Source of the DNA: Octopus sinensis | Lineage: Eukaryota | Direction of reading: 5' to 3' | Assembly: GCF_006345805.1 (NCBI RefSeq) | Contig: NC_042997.1 | Span: 14,446,001-14,510,000, forward strand | DNA length: 64,000 nt | Shown: piece after piece, positions 26,023 to 38,470 of the stretch | Layout of the letters: every line of letters begins with the position of its first letter | How positions within the stretch are numbered: position 1 is the stretch's first letter | Position numbers and translations under genes: made by a program | The notes under the pieces: generated by a model | Told to the model about the DNA's origin: nothing | The model's input: only the letters and a program-made list of their open reading frames with translations | Databases searched by the model: none

Positions 26023-26339
26023 TATATATATATATATTATATTATTATATATATATATACTATGTATGTATATATATATATATATATATGTATGTATATA
26101 TTTATATCTATATATCATATATATATGTATATATAAATACATATATATATGTATATATATATATGTATATATATACATATGTATACATACATATACATAT
26201 ATATATATGTATATATATATACTTATATATATTATATACATATAATGTATAATATATGTTATACATATATATATATATACATATATATATGTATATATAT
26301 ATGTATATCTATATATATGTATACATATATGTGTATACA

Positions 26340-26402
<63 letters not shown>

Positions 26403-26480
26403 GTTATATATATATATATGTATATGTATGTATACATATGTATATAATATATATATACATATATATATGTATTTATATAT
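26023..26480. repeat. degenerate (TA)n tract
   Basis: Directly visible. Confidence 0.95.
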
Positions 26481-26700
26481 GAATGAAATAAAACGATTTC
26501 TGTTCAATCTGCGTTCAGCTCCATTTCTTCAATTCACCAATAATGTTTTAATTTCAATTATCCGCCGCACCAACGCACGGTTGCAACGCCAGATGGTTGT
26601 ACCTCCAACCGTGCTGTTTACTGCTGTGATTTTTGGCTACTAAGTATCGGTTTAAACTTTTGATTAATCTACTACAAGATTATTCATCTTTCTATTTCAC

Positions 26701-26764
<64 letters not shown>

Positions 26765-27029
26765 CATATGCATGCAACTGAATCAGTTATTATTATTATT
26801 AGGTGTATTAAATTATTCTTTATTCTTATTAGATAAAGTATAAACAGAGAAAGAATTATCAAAAGAGAAATAATAGTGGAATTTAAATAATCAATCTAGC
26901 TTAAAGGTATTGTAGTTTTGTAGGAATGAAAAGGTATATAAATTGCCACGCAATGAAAAACACTTGTGTACTAATAATTGGGTATTCTACCAGCAGTATA
27001 TTGGATAGATATCATCCCCTAGTTGGTTG

Positions 27030-27290
27030 GATTCACAACCTCTAACTCTCTTGGAATTTGCAACCTAATTTCTTTTCCTCAACAGGCCCTGCCCTATTTA
27101 ACATTGTCCCGAAAGAGATCAAGGAGGAAAAGGATCCCATCAACTTTAAACGGAGTCTGGATAGATTCCTTCAAGAATACCAGATAAGCCACCCATAATT
27201 GGATACAACTCACCCAACAAAAAACTCACTACTTGACGGACCACAAACATAAACTTGACTTAAACAGGATTCAGATAATCCTATCAGGTG
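27030..27290 (+). mobile_element. CR1-like LINE 3' end relic
   Basis: Frameshifted FKRSLDRFL..PDKPPIIGYNSP, comparable to FKMKLDLFLSGVPDEP of the neighbouring CR1. Confidence 0.5.
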
Positions 27291-27350
27291 GTACTATTAA
27301 GTTAGACATGGCCTGGAACAATCTTTAGTCGAAACATATCTAAGTTTCTC

Positions 27351-27354
<4 letters not shown>

Positions 27355-27424
<70 letters not shown>

Positions 27425-27624
27425 CATATATATATATTTACAATATATATATATACATATTTTTACATTATATATATTTACACATATATATATATACATA
27501 TATATACATATATATATATATACATATATATATATACATATATATATATAATACAATATATACATATATATATATATACATATAAATATATGTATATATA
27601 TATATATATATATATACATATATA

Positions 27625-27660
<36 letters not shown>

Positions 27661-27664
27661 ATAC

Positions 27665-27728
<64 letters not shown>

Positions 27729-27748
27729 TATATATATATATATATATA
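27355..27748. repeat. degenerate (TA)n tract
   Basis: Directly visible. Confidence 0.95.
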
Positions 27749-29293
27749 TGATTGATTGATTCTAGATTCAGCTTATGAGCTGTGGCCATGCTGGGGCACC
27801 GCCATTTGGTGTTGCTACTTGGTTTCACTTCATGGAGGCTTTCTAGCAACTGCTATTTGGTGCATGAGAGAGTTCGATGCAGCTGCCCTCATCTGCCCCT
27901 CCTGCCGTGAAGTTGGTTCATCTGGGACACCTGACAGGAAGAGATCCAGCTTCATTTTAAAGACATCTGTATCCACCCCATGCAGGTCTCTCAGGTTCTT
28001 CGGGAGGATATTGAAGAGCTGTGGGCCTCGGAAGCCCAGGCTATCACAGAATCTTGTCCTACATCTTGATGGCAGGTTTGGAGTCCTAGGCACCACGCAG
28101 TGGCGCCCAGTTCTGGCATTTGCGTAACTCTCGATGCCAAAGTTCAGGACACTTCCCTCCAGGAATCTCCAGATGTATATTATGGCATATCTTTCCCGCC
28201 TACGCTCCAGGGAATATAATTTTAATCTCTTGAGTCTTTCCCAGTAGCTTACATTCTGCATAGAGGCTATCTTCTTTGTGTAGCTTCGTTGGATCGCCTC
28301 AAGTTCTGTGATCAACTTGACACTGGATGGTGACCATAGCTGAGAGCAATAGTCAAAGTGGCTTAGGACAAGTGTCTTCCAGAGGACCATCATGGTTTTT
28401 TGTTCTCTTGTTCTAAAGGTTCTAAGAATCCATCCAGCCAGCCGTCTACATTTCATTGTCAGTTTAGCAACATGTACATGAAAGGTCGCGTCATCACTCA
28501 TGTGAATACCCAGGTCACGCACTGATTGTGCCTCTGGGATTGCAATCCCTCCGGGTCCAGTGTATTCATTGGGTATTGCATTCAGTTTTGCATGCTGATA
28601 GTATAAAGCTTGAAACTTTCCAGCATTGAACTGCATGCTATTCTTTTCAGCCCTTGTATATTTCGTCCAGCTCACATTGCAGGTGTTTAGTGTCCTCAGG
28701 GTTCTGTATTGCCTGTGAAACTTTTGTATCATCTGCATAACTTGTGATCGTGGCTCTCTGCGTGGCTGAGGGCATGTCTGAGAGGGCCATTATGAACAGT
28801 AGTGGTCCCAGAACAGTGCCCTGCGGAACACCGCTCACTATTTGTGTGTTAATGGAAGTGGCCCCATTGGCTACTACCACCTGACTTCTATCCTTTAGAA
28901 AGTCATGAAGCCATTCTCCAGTTTTCCAACTATGTTGAGATCACGCAGTTTGTGACATATCATTCCATGATCGACTTTATCAAAGCCTTTGCAAAGTCGA
29001 GATATATCACTTCCACATTTGAGTGGTTGAGCAACCGTTTCAGCACCCATTCATAGTGTTGTAGGAGCTGAGTTAAACAGCTTCTCCCTGGTCGGAAACC
29101 ATGTTGGGTGTCGGGCAGCAAGTCATTCTCTTCAAGGAAGGTGATCAGCTTCCTTCTGACTATTCGTTCCATGACCTTGCTGATGTGTGAGTCAGAGAGA
29201 TAGGTCTATAGTTCTTGGCTTCCGCTCTGCTACCTCCTTTATGAATGGGGCATATTTTACCTTCCTTCAGTTTTCCTGGAAGTTTGCCAGCTG
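27749..29293 (-). mobile_element. 5'-truncated CR1-group LINE with frameshifted RT
   Basis: QHGFRPGRSCLTQL, YLDFAKA, SGVPQGTVLGPLLF, YADDTK, YWERLKRLKLYSLERRR split over three frames; (AATC)n tail. Confidence 0.92.
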
Positions 29294-29360
29294 CATATAT
29301 ATATGTATATATATATATGTATATATATATATATTATAGATATATTATATATAATATATG

Positions 29361-29391
<31 letters not shown>

Positions 29392-29633
29392 ATATATATA
29401 TATAGTATATATATATATATACATATATATTATATATATATATATACATATCTATATGTTATATATATATATACATATATATATGTATATATATATATGT
29501 ATATACATATATATATGTTATATATATATTATATTTATGTATATATATATATATAGATAATATGTTATATATATATATGTATATATATATATGTATATAT
29601 ATGTATATATATATGTAAATATATATATATATG

Positions 29634-29692
<59 letters not shown>

Positions 29693-29720
29693 AAATATAT
29701 TATATATATATATATAATCT
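29294..29720. repeat. degenerate (TA)n tract
   Basis: Directly visible. Confidence 0.95.
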
Positions 29721-29880
29721 TGGAGCTAATCAGCGACAGCCTTAGTCTTATATTTAGACTGCCATATTAGTATGGCGATAACTATTAATATCCAGTAACG
29801 CTGCCGTAATCTCCTTTAGAGAGACTTAGTAATTTTAATATTTCTATTGTATATATATATGTATATATATGTATATACAG

Positions 29881-30245
29881 TGGAGGCGCAGTGGCCCAGT
29901 GCTTAGGACAGCGAACTCGCGGCGTCGATTCCCAGACCGGGCGATGTGTGTATTTATTGAGCGAAAACACCTAAAGCTCCACGAGGCTCCGGCTGGGGGT
30001 AGTGACAAACCCAGCTGTACTCTTTCACCGCAACTTTCTCTCATTCTTTCTTCATGTTTCTGTTGTACTTGTAATTCAAAAGGCCAGCCTTTTCACACAC
30101 TGTGACACGCTGAATCTCCCCGAGAATTACGTTAAGGGTACACGTATCTGTGGAGTGCTCAGCCACTTACACGTTAATTTCACGAGCAGGCTGGTCCGTT
30201 GATCGGATCAACTGGAACCCACGTCGTCGTAACCGACGGAGTGCC
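29881..30245 (+). mobile_element. SINE family A
   Basis: Homologous to 18-400 over its full length. Confidence 0.85.
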
Positions 30246-30297
30246 ACATTATATATATATATATATATAGATATATATATATATATATCTATATATA

Positions 30298-30336
<39 letters not shown>

Positions 30337-30339
<3 letters not shown>

Positions 30340-30914
30340 GAAGTTTACAGAAAACAAAAGACGAAGACAGGTGTATAAACAACAAATAGGTGTATTAGTT
30401 TAGCGCTCGAGAAGGTGAGAAAGTCTTTTACGTTTCGAGCCTACGCTCTTCAACAGAAAGGAAACGATGAAATATACAGAGAGAGAATTAAAAAGTTGAC
30501 CCGAGCTGACAACAGACACAATGAACAATCGGGGGACGAAAGATATTATTGGTTAGTAAGCACACCAAGCAGTTACCCACACTTTGACTGCTGTTAAAAT
30601 CACACCAAGAACATTAAGATTCAAACTTTCTCGATGTTTTATCGTTCGTAGTAACAACAGCATTTTTCTTTGTGTACTCTTTTACTCTTTTATTTGTTTC
30701 AGTCATTTGACTGCGGCCATGCTAGAGCACCGCATTTAGTCGAGCAAATTGACCCCAGGACTTATTCTCTGTAAGCCTAGTACTTATTCGATCGGTCACT
30801 TTTGCCGAACCGCTAAGTTACGGGGATGTAAACACACCAGCATCAGTTGTGAAGCGATGCCGGGTGGGGGGGAGGCAAACACAGACACAGACGCATAAAC
30901 ACACACACATATAT

Positions 30915-31001
<87 letters not shown>

Positions 31002-31560
31002 GAAGTTTACAGAAAACAAAAGACGAAGACAGGTGTATAAACAACAAATAGGTGTATTAGTTTAGCGCTCGAGAAGGTGAGAAAGTCTTTTACGTTTCGA
31101 GCCTACGCTCTTCAACAGAAAGGAACACGATGAAATATACAGAGAGAGAATTAAAAAGTTGACCCGAGCTGACAACAGACACAATGAACAATCGGAGGAC
31201 GAAAGATATTATTGGTTAGTAAGCACACCAAGCAGTTACCCACACTTTGACTGCTGTTAAAATCACACCAAGAACATTAAGATTCAAACTTTCTCGATGT
31301 TTTATCGTTCGTAGTAACAACAGCATTTTTCTTTGTGTACTCTTTTACTCTTTTATTTGTTTCAGTCATTTGACTGCGGCCATGCTAGAGCACCGCATTT
31401 AGTCGAGCAAATTGACCCCAGGACTTATTCTCTGTAAGCCTAGTACTTATTCGATCGGTCACTTTTGCCGAACCGCTAAGTTACGGGGATGTAAACACAC
31501 CAGCATCAGTTGTGAAGCGATGCCGGGGGGGGGGGAGGCAAACACAGACACAGACGCATA
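30337..31560. repeat. 662-bp tandem duplication
   Basis: Units start at 30337 and 30999; near-identical, separated by (TA)n. Confidence 0.92.
30425..30460 (-). ncRNA. minimal hammerhead variant (CUGUUGA core); duplicate at 31087-31122
   Basis: CTTT-CTGTTGA-A-GAGC-GTAG-GCTC-GAAAC-GT-A-AAAG. Confidence 0.6.
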
Positions 31561-31725
31561 AACACACACACACACACATATATATACATATACATATATA
31601 CGACAGGCTTCTTTCAGTTTCCATATACCAAATCCACTCACAAGGCTATAGCAGAAGACACTTGCCCAAGGTGCAACGCAGTGGGTTGGTAAGCAAGCTA
31701 CTTACCACACAGCCACTCCTACGCC
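31342..31725 (-). mobile_element. SINE family D
   Basis: Homology to 15300-15701; 5'-truncated duplicate at about 30680-30905. Confidence 0.85.
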
Positions 31726-32005
31726 TATTACGAAAAAGATAAATATTTTGTTTACAAAAGTTTTGCAAATATACGTCTTCTTCCTAACAACTCTATTAAG
31801 GCTTAGAGAACTTTAACAAATAGGAAAGGACTGAGAACCATTGAAACCCAGCTGCATTTATTGAACTTATTGCCATTCCTATATATTGCTTGCACGGCTC
31901 TCACTCACTATTCATCTACACTTAGGTTTCTTAACGACCACCAGACTACAGAATGCAGAACCATATCAAAGATCTCCAGATCGACAAATACTAGATGTAA
32001 TGGGA

Positions 32006-32326
32006 GTGAGGGCGCGTGGCTTAGTGGTTAGGGCATTCGGCTCATGATCGTAAGGTTGTGAGTTCGATTCCCGGCGACGCGTTGTGTCCTTGAGCAAGAC
32101 ACTTTATTTCACGTTGCTCCAGTCCACTCAGCTGGCAAAAATGAGTTGTACTTGTATTTCAAAGGGTCAGCCTTGTCACTCTCTGTGTCACGCTGATTAT
32201 CCCCGAGAACTACGTTAAGGGTACACGTGTCTGTGGAATGCTCAGCCATTTGCACGTTAATTTCACGAGCAAGCTGTTCCGTTGATCGTATCAGCTGGGA
32301 CCCTCGTCGTCGTAACCGGCGGAGTC
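32006..32326 (+). mobile_element. SINE family B, full length
   Basis: tRNA-like head, CORE-like TGTGTCCTTGAGCAAGACACTT, 3' tail shared with family A. Confidence 0.85.
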
Positions 32327-33038
32327 TTTAAGAAGATGTAATGGGTTATACTAACCTAAAAATTTTGCTTGTAATTATCACACAGTTAGATTTGTGCAGC
32401 TCGGTAAAAACATAAACGGCATTTCATTTAAGCATAAGCTTGTTCAGTTCCTAATTAGTTGAGCTAAAATTCTTTCCATTAGCGTCATATGTTTTTCATT
32501 AATTTGATATTTCAGTATCTGCATCTTTCTAGACCATTTCCTTTGTCCGTGTGACTGTTGATGACGATATTATTGCGTCAGTCATTTAATGTATCGTCGC
32601 CCTAAACTACTTACTTGGCTTTGCGAGTGACTGGCCGAACCCGGATGTTTTATTCTTGATGGCTGGCCACTTTCTCATGCCTTCACATCATTAGTCGGTC
32701 TGCACAGCTGTCGATTTCAGTAGCTACCCCCACCTGTCGGATCTACAATACAGTAGTTTTTCAATCTTGCAAGCGTTCACTACATTCGGAAATCTCTCCA
32801 AGTAGCACTTTAAAACCTCTTTTCTATATGGTGAGGGTAAGTGTTCTACTGTCGTTATGGAAACACGTTGCCTCTAACAACTTCTTGATTCATACTGACA
32901 AACTGCTTAGTAATGCTTCAAATCCTTTCATCGCAGAATATGGGCAAATCTCTTAATTCTACCTTATCTCCAAGCTACGTGTACTTTATAGCTAGATTCT
33001 CATTATGATGATGATGATGATGATGATGATGATGCAAC

Positions 33039-33084
33039 GCAGTCTGACGATGACTAAACTGGCTGAAACTTCGAAGTTACAGTC
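33039..33084 (+). ncRNA. hammerhead-like motif, weak helix II
   Basis: GCAGT-CTGACGA-TGACTAAACTGGCT-GAAA-CTTCGAAG-TT-ACAGT; perfect palindrome ACTTCGAAGT. Confidence 0.5.
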
Positions 33085-33090
33085 AAAAAC

Positions 33091-33121
<31 letters not shown>

Positions 33122-33218
33122 TGTGTGTGTGTATGTATGTATGTATGTATAACCGCGTGTGTATCATTGGCGATTTTCTTTCTCCGTCTTCCCTTCCTTG
33201 GACCTTTCCTTTTTCTAT

Positions 33219-33253
33219 GTTTCTGACGAAGAGCTCCGCTTGAAACGTTAAAT
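33219..33253 (+). ncRNA. minimal type I hammerhead ribozyme
   Basis: GTTT-CTGACGA-A-GAGC-TCC-GCTT-GAAAC-GT-T-AAAT; rest of the element recurs at about 58895-58985. Confidence 0.65.
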
Positions 33254-33646
33254 CCTCCTTCTTTCTTTCTTTCCTTTCCTGAGCGTCCAATAATACTATA
33301 CTTGTTCCACGTCCTCGCATTGTTGTGTTTTCTCTTTGTTCATGTTTGGATTAACTATGTATGTATGTATGTATGTATGTATGTATGTATGTATGTATGT
33401 ATGTATGTATGTATGTGTGTGTGTGTGTGTGTCTGTCTGTGTGTGTATGTATGTATGTATGTATGTATGTATGTATGTATGTATGTATGTATGTATGTAT
33501 TTAGTCGGCTAAACACGGGTTGACTATGTTTAAATGACGCCTGGTGAGTCTGGAAATTCGCATATGGCCAGTGGAAAGATCCAGTGGAGGTGGGGTGCAT
33601 TGAAGAAAATTTTGGGATGATAATGAGGTGGCCAAGATGGGATGAT

Positions 33647-34098
33647 AGGTAGGAGTGGCTGTGTGGTAAATAGCTAGGTGTAGGAGTGGCTGCATGGTAA
33701 GTAGCTTGCTAACCAGCACATGGTTCCAGGTTCAGTCCCACTGAGTGGCACCTTCTACTATAGCCTTGGGCCGACCAAAGCCTTGTGAGCAGATCTGGTA
33801 GACAGAAACTGAAAGAAGCCCGTCGTATATATGTATGTATGTATATATATATGTGTGTGTGTGTGTATGTGTGTGCGTGTGTATATGTTTGTGTGTGTGT
33901 GTGTGTCCCAACATCACTTGATATCGATGCTGGTGTGTTTACGTCCCTGTAACTTAGCGGTTCAGCATAAGAGACCGATAGAATAAGTAGTAGGCTTACA
34001 AAGAATAAGTCCTGGGTCGATTTGCTTGACTAAAGGCGGTGCTCCAGCATGGCCGCAGTCAAAATGGCTGAAACGAATAAAAGCAAAAGATAAAAGAA
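33647..34098 (+). mobile_element. SINE family D
   Basis: Homology to other D copies; duplicated head. Confidence 0.8.
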
Positions 34099-34425
34099 AA
34101 AGGCTAATTAGGTTTAAGTTTAATTTCTGAAATACAGTTATTTTGAATTTGCTGCAGAAAGTGGTCTATATTTGTGGTGGGGAGGAGGAGGGGGCGCTAG
34201 GAATGTGGCCGGGTGCCAAGGGGGCGGCAGCCTGAAAAAGTTTGGGAACTACTAGTGTACAGCAACAACTCATAGAAGTTGCTTCTTTCATTGTTACGAC
34301 CAAATAAAGGTCATAACAAATAAATATTTTTCTTCCAGTCATTTATCAGCAACATATAAATCTTTACAAGGTAGTACCATAGCATGACCACAGTCTAATA
34401 ACTGAAACATGTAAAAGATATATAC

Positions 34426-34640
34426 TCTTTACTCTTTTACTCTTTTACTTGTTTCAGTCATTTGACTGCGGCCATGCTGGAGCACCGCCTTTAGTCAAGC
34501 AAATCGACCCCGGGACTTATTCTTTGTAAGCCCAGTACTTATTCTATTGGTCTCTTTTGCCGAACCGCTAAGTGACAGGGATGTAAACAGACCAGCATCG
34601 GTTGTCAAGCAATGCTAGGGAACAAACACAGACACACAAT

Positions 34641-34680
<40 letters not shown>

Positions 34681-34845
34681 CATATATACGACAGGCTTCT
34701 TTCAGTTTCCGTCTACCAAATCCACTCACAAGGCATTGGTCGGCCCGGGGCTATAGCAGAAGACACTTGCCCAAGATGCCACGCAGTGGGACTGAACCCG
34801 CAACCATGTGGTTGGTTAGCAAGCTACTTACCACACAGCCACTCT
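34426..34845 (-). mobile_element. SINE family D
   Basis: Homology to other D copies; inverted relative to 33647-34098. Confidence 0.85.
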
Positions 34846-34889
34846 TCAAATTTTGCTGTGCCTAGGGAGAGTCATCATGCCAACACATA

Positions 34890-35650
34890 AGGCAATGAGC
34901 TGGCAGAATTGTTAGCACGCCAGGCGAAATGCTTAGCAGTATTTCGTCTGCCACTACATTCTGAGTTCAAATTCCACCGAGGTCAACTTTGCCTTTCATA
35001 CTTTCAGGGTCGATTAGATAAGTACCAGTTACACATTGGGGTCGATATAATCAACTTAATCCATTTGTCTGTCCTTGTTTGTCCCCTCTGTGTTTAGCCC
35101 CATGTGGGTAGTAAAGAAATAGGTATTTCGTCTGCCGCTATGTTCTGAATTCAAATTCCACCGAGATCAACTTTGCCTTTCATACTTTCGGGGTTGATTA
35201 GATAAGTACCAGTTACACATTGGGGTCGATATAATCAACTTAATCCATTTGTCTGTCCTTGTTTGCCCCCTCTGTGTTTAGCCCCATGTGGGTAGTAAAC
35301 AAATAGGAATTTCGTCTGCCGCTATGTTCTGAATTCAAATTCCACCGAGGTCAACTTTGCCTTTCATACTTTCGGGGTCGTTTAGATAAGTACCAGTTAC
35401 ACATTGGGGTCGATATAATCAACTTAATCCATTTGTCTGTCCTTGTTTGTCCCCTCTGTGTTTAGCCCCATGTGGGTAGTAAACAAATAGGTATTTCGTC
35501 TGCCGCTATGTTCTGAATTCAAATTCCGCTGAGGTCAACTTTGCCTTTCATAAATAAATTAAGTAGCAGTTGCATACTGGGGTCGATCTAATCGACTGAC
35601 CCCCTCCCCAAAAATTTTTGGCCTTGTGCCTAGAGTAGAAAAGAATATTA
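34890..35650 (+). repeat. SINE family C array, 184-bp period
   Basis: Unit starts at 34938, 35122, 35306 and 35490; private variants shared by the units. Confidence 0.9.
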
Positions 35651-36056
35651 TTAGCACATACACTTGTTCAATTCAACTCCTTTTTTATTAGCCAGGAATT
35701 GAACCCGTGTGTGTGTTAATTATATTGGCATAATGACTCTCCCTAGATACAACAAAATTTGTTTCAGCACATGAATTCACATAAAGAATCTAGCAAAACA
35801 GATACAAAAACGAAGTATATTTCAAACAATATAACAAATCAATATAAAGAGTACAGAGACAGGTACAAAATAAGTACATAAGGTGCAAACGTGGCTGTGT
35901 GGTAAAAAATTTGTTTCCAAACCACATGGTCCCAGGTTCAGTCCCACTGCTGGGCATCTTGGGCAAGTGCCTTCTACTATAGCCTAAGGCCAACCAAAGC
36001 TTTGAGAGTAGATTTGATAGACAGAAACAGAAAGAAACTTGCCATATATATATATG

Positions 36057-36103
<47 letters not shown>

Positions 36104-36279
36104 TATAATAAAACGAATGGTTTACACCTGGTAGCTTACTGGTAAAGCATGGTCACTTTCAGAGTGATCGTTAGGTAAATAACAAATGAAAGACAGAAGA
36201 TGGAATATATGAGAATAAATTATTAATAATATGATTAATAATATATTCTCGTATATTCTATCTTCTGTCTTTCATTTGT

Positions 36280-36313
<34 letters not shown>

Positions 36314-36365
36314 AGTTACCAGGTGTATACCATACAATTATCTAATATATATATATATATATATA

Positions 36366-38470
36366 GTTCATAATGGAGTCATACTCAATGACTGGCGTAG
36401 CAGCACCATAGTCAACTGCTACAAGGATAAGGGTGATGCTCTAGATAGAAATAACTACAGGGGAATCAAACTGTTGGATCAGGTGATGAAGGTCATAGAG
36501 AGGGTCATAACCCATCTCATTAGGGAGAGGATTTGCTTAGATGAGATGCAGTTCAGTTTTGTGCCGTGTAGAAGCACCACTGATGCTATATTCCTGGTCC
36601 GACAACTGCAGGAGAAGTACCTAGCTAAAGATAAACCCCTCTACATAGCTTTTGTGGACTTGGAGAAAGCCTTTGACAGGGTTCCCCGGTCCCTTATCTG
36701 GTGGTCGATGCGGAAACTGGAGATTGACGAATGGCTAATAAGGGCTGTACAGGCTCTATACAGAGAGGCTGTCAGCAAGGTTAGGATTGGCAACGAATAT
36801 AGTGAAGAATTCCGGGTAGAAGTAGGTGTACACCAAGGCTCAGCCCTCAGTCCCCTTTTATTCATCATAGTCCTCCAGGCAATAACAGAGGAATTCAAAA
36901 CAGGTTGCCCCAGGGAACTCCTCTATGCTGATGACCTGGCTCTCATAGCAGAATCACTACCGGAACTAGAAAAGAAATTTCGGGTGTGGAAACAAGGGTT
37001 AGAATCAAAGGGCCTTAGAGTAAATGTAGCGAAGACCAAAGTTATAGTAAGCAGGAAGGCGAACTCAGCACACACCCCATCGGGCAGGTGGCCCTGCTTG
37101 ATCTGTAGGAAAGGTGTAGGTAGAAACTCCATAAGATGCACCCAGTGTAAGCTATGGACGCATAAGAGGTGCAGCAACATCAAAGGGAAATTAACTGATA
37201 AGATAGCTTTCATGTGCGGCAGATGCACAGGGACAATAGACACCACAAATACTCAGAAAACAGATTCCATCACACTCCAGGGGGAGAAACTAGAAGTAGT
37301 TGATAGTTTCCGCTACCTGGGTGACCAAGTTAGTAGTGGAGGTGGACGCTCAGAGAGTGTCACCACTAGAATACGAATAGCCTGGGCAAAGTTTAGAAAG
37401 CTCCAACCCCTACTGGTGACAAAGGGTCTCTCACTCAGAGTGAAAGGTAGATTGTATGATGCATGTGTGCGAACTGCCATGCTTCACGGCAGTGAAACAT
37501 GGGCAGTGACTGCAGAGGACATGCGTAGACTTGAAAGAAATGAAGCTAGCATGATCCGCTGGATGTGTAATGTCAGTGTGAATGCACGATAGAGTGTAAG
37601 CACCCTGAGAGAAATGCTAGATATAAGAAGCATCAGATGCGGTGTGCAAGAGCGATGCTTGCGATGGTATGGTCATGTACTGCGGATGGATGAGGAGAGA
37701 TGTGTGAAGAAGTGCCGCTCCCAAACAGTTGAAGGAATCAGGGGGAGAGGTAGACCCAGGAAGACATGGGATGAGGTAGTCAAGCATGACCTCAGAGCGT
37801 TGGGCCTCACTGAGGCAATGGCGAAGGACCGAGATCTCTGGAGATGTGCTGTGACAACAAAGACCCGGGATGCTTCCGGCACCAGTTCCGCATAGCCCCT
37901 GCCCATTCAAAGTATCTTGGATCCCAGAACATCTCGCTGTGCTTGAGGAGACCTGTTGAGTCAAGTGCATGTACATGAACATCGAAACAAATATCGATGG
38001 AAATAGTAATTGTGATACCTGTGCCACATAAAAAGCACCATCCGAACGTGGCCGTTGCCAGTGCTGCCTCGACTGGCTTCTGTGCCGCTGGCACATAAAA
38101 AGCACCATCTGAACGTGGCCGATGCCAGCGCCGCCTCGACTGGCTTCTGTGCCGGTGGCACATAAAAAGCACCATCCAAACGTGGCCGATGCCAGCCCCG
38201 CCCTGGCTGGCTTCCATGCCGGTGGCACGTTAAAAGCACTAACCGGGCCGATGCCAGACCCCCCCCCTGGCACCTGTGCAGGTGGCACGTAAAAAGCACC
38301 CACTACACTCTCGGAGTGGTTGGCGTTAGGAAGGGCATCCAGCTGTAGAAACACTGCCAGATCAGACTGGAGCCTGGTGCAGCCCTGGCTTCCCAGACCC
38401 CAGTCGAACCGTCCAACCCGTGCCAGCGCGGAAAACAGACGTTAAACGATGATGATGATGATGATGATGA
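36366..38470 (+). mobile_element. 5'-truncated RTE-like LINE with PHD finger in the RT region; source family of E tails
   Basis: RT motifs FVDLEKAFDRV, GVHQGSALSPLLF, YADDL, FRYLG, LRWYGHVLRM; 3' UTR with 67-bp repeats; (GAT)n tail. Confidence 0.92.
36474..37895 (+). pseudogene. RT-PHD ORF fragment with one in-frame TAG at 37590-37592
   Basis: Track ORFs 36474-37592 and 37614-37895 are in frame (21-nt gap, NAR*SVSTLREML). Confidence 0.9.

Noticed and set aside
20717-31047. Many 60-180 aa YI/CV-repeat ORFs (also at 57.7-58.3 kb)
   Set aside because: Translations of (TA)n/(TG)n microsatellites, open on both strands because such repeats lack stop codons.
34890-38300. 184-bp and 67-bp arrays as CRISPR-like
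   Set aside because: No unique spacers, eukaryotic context, and the units derive from SINE/LINE sequence.
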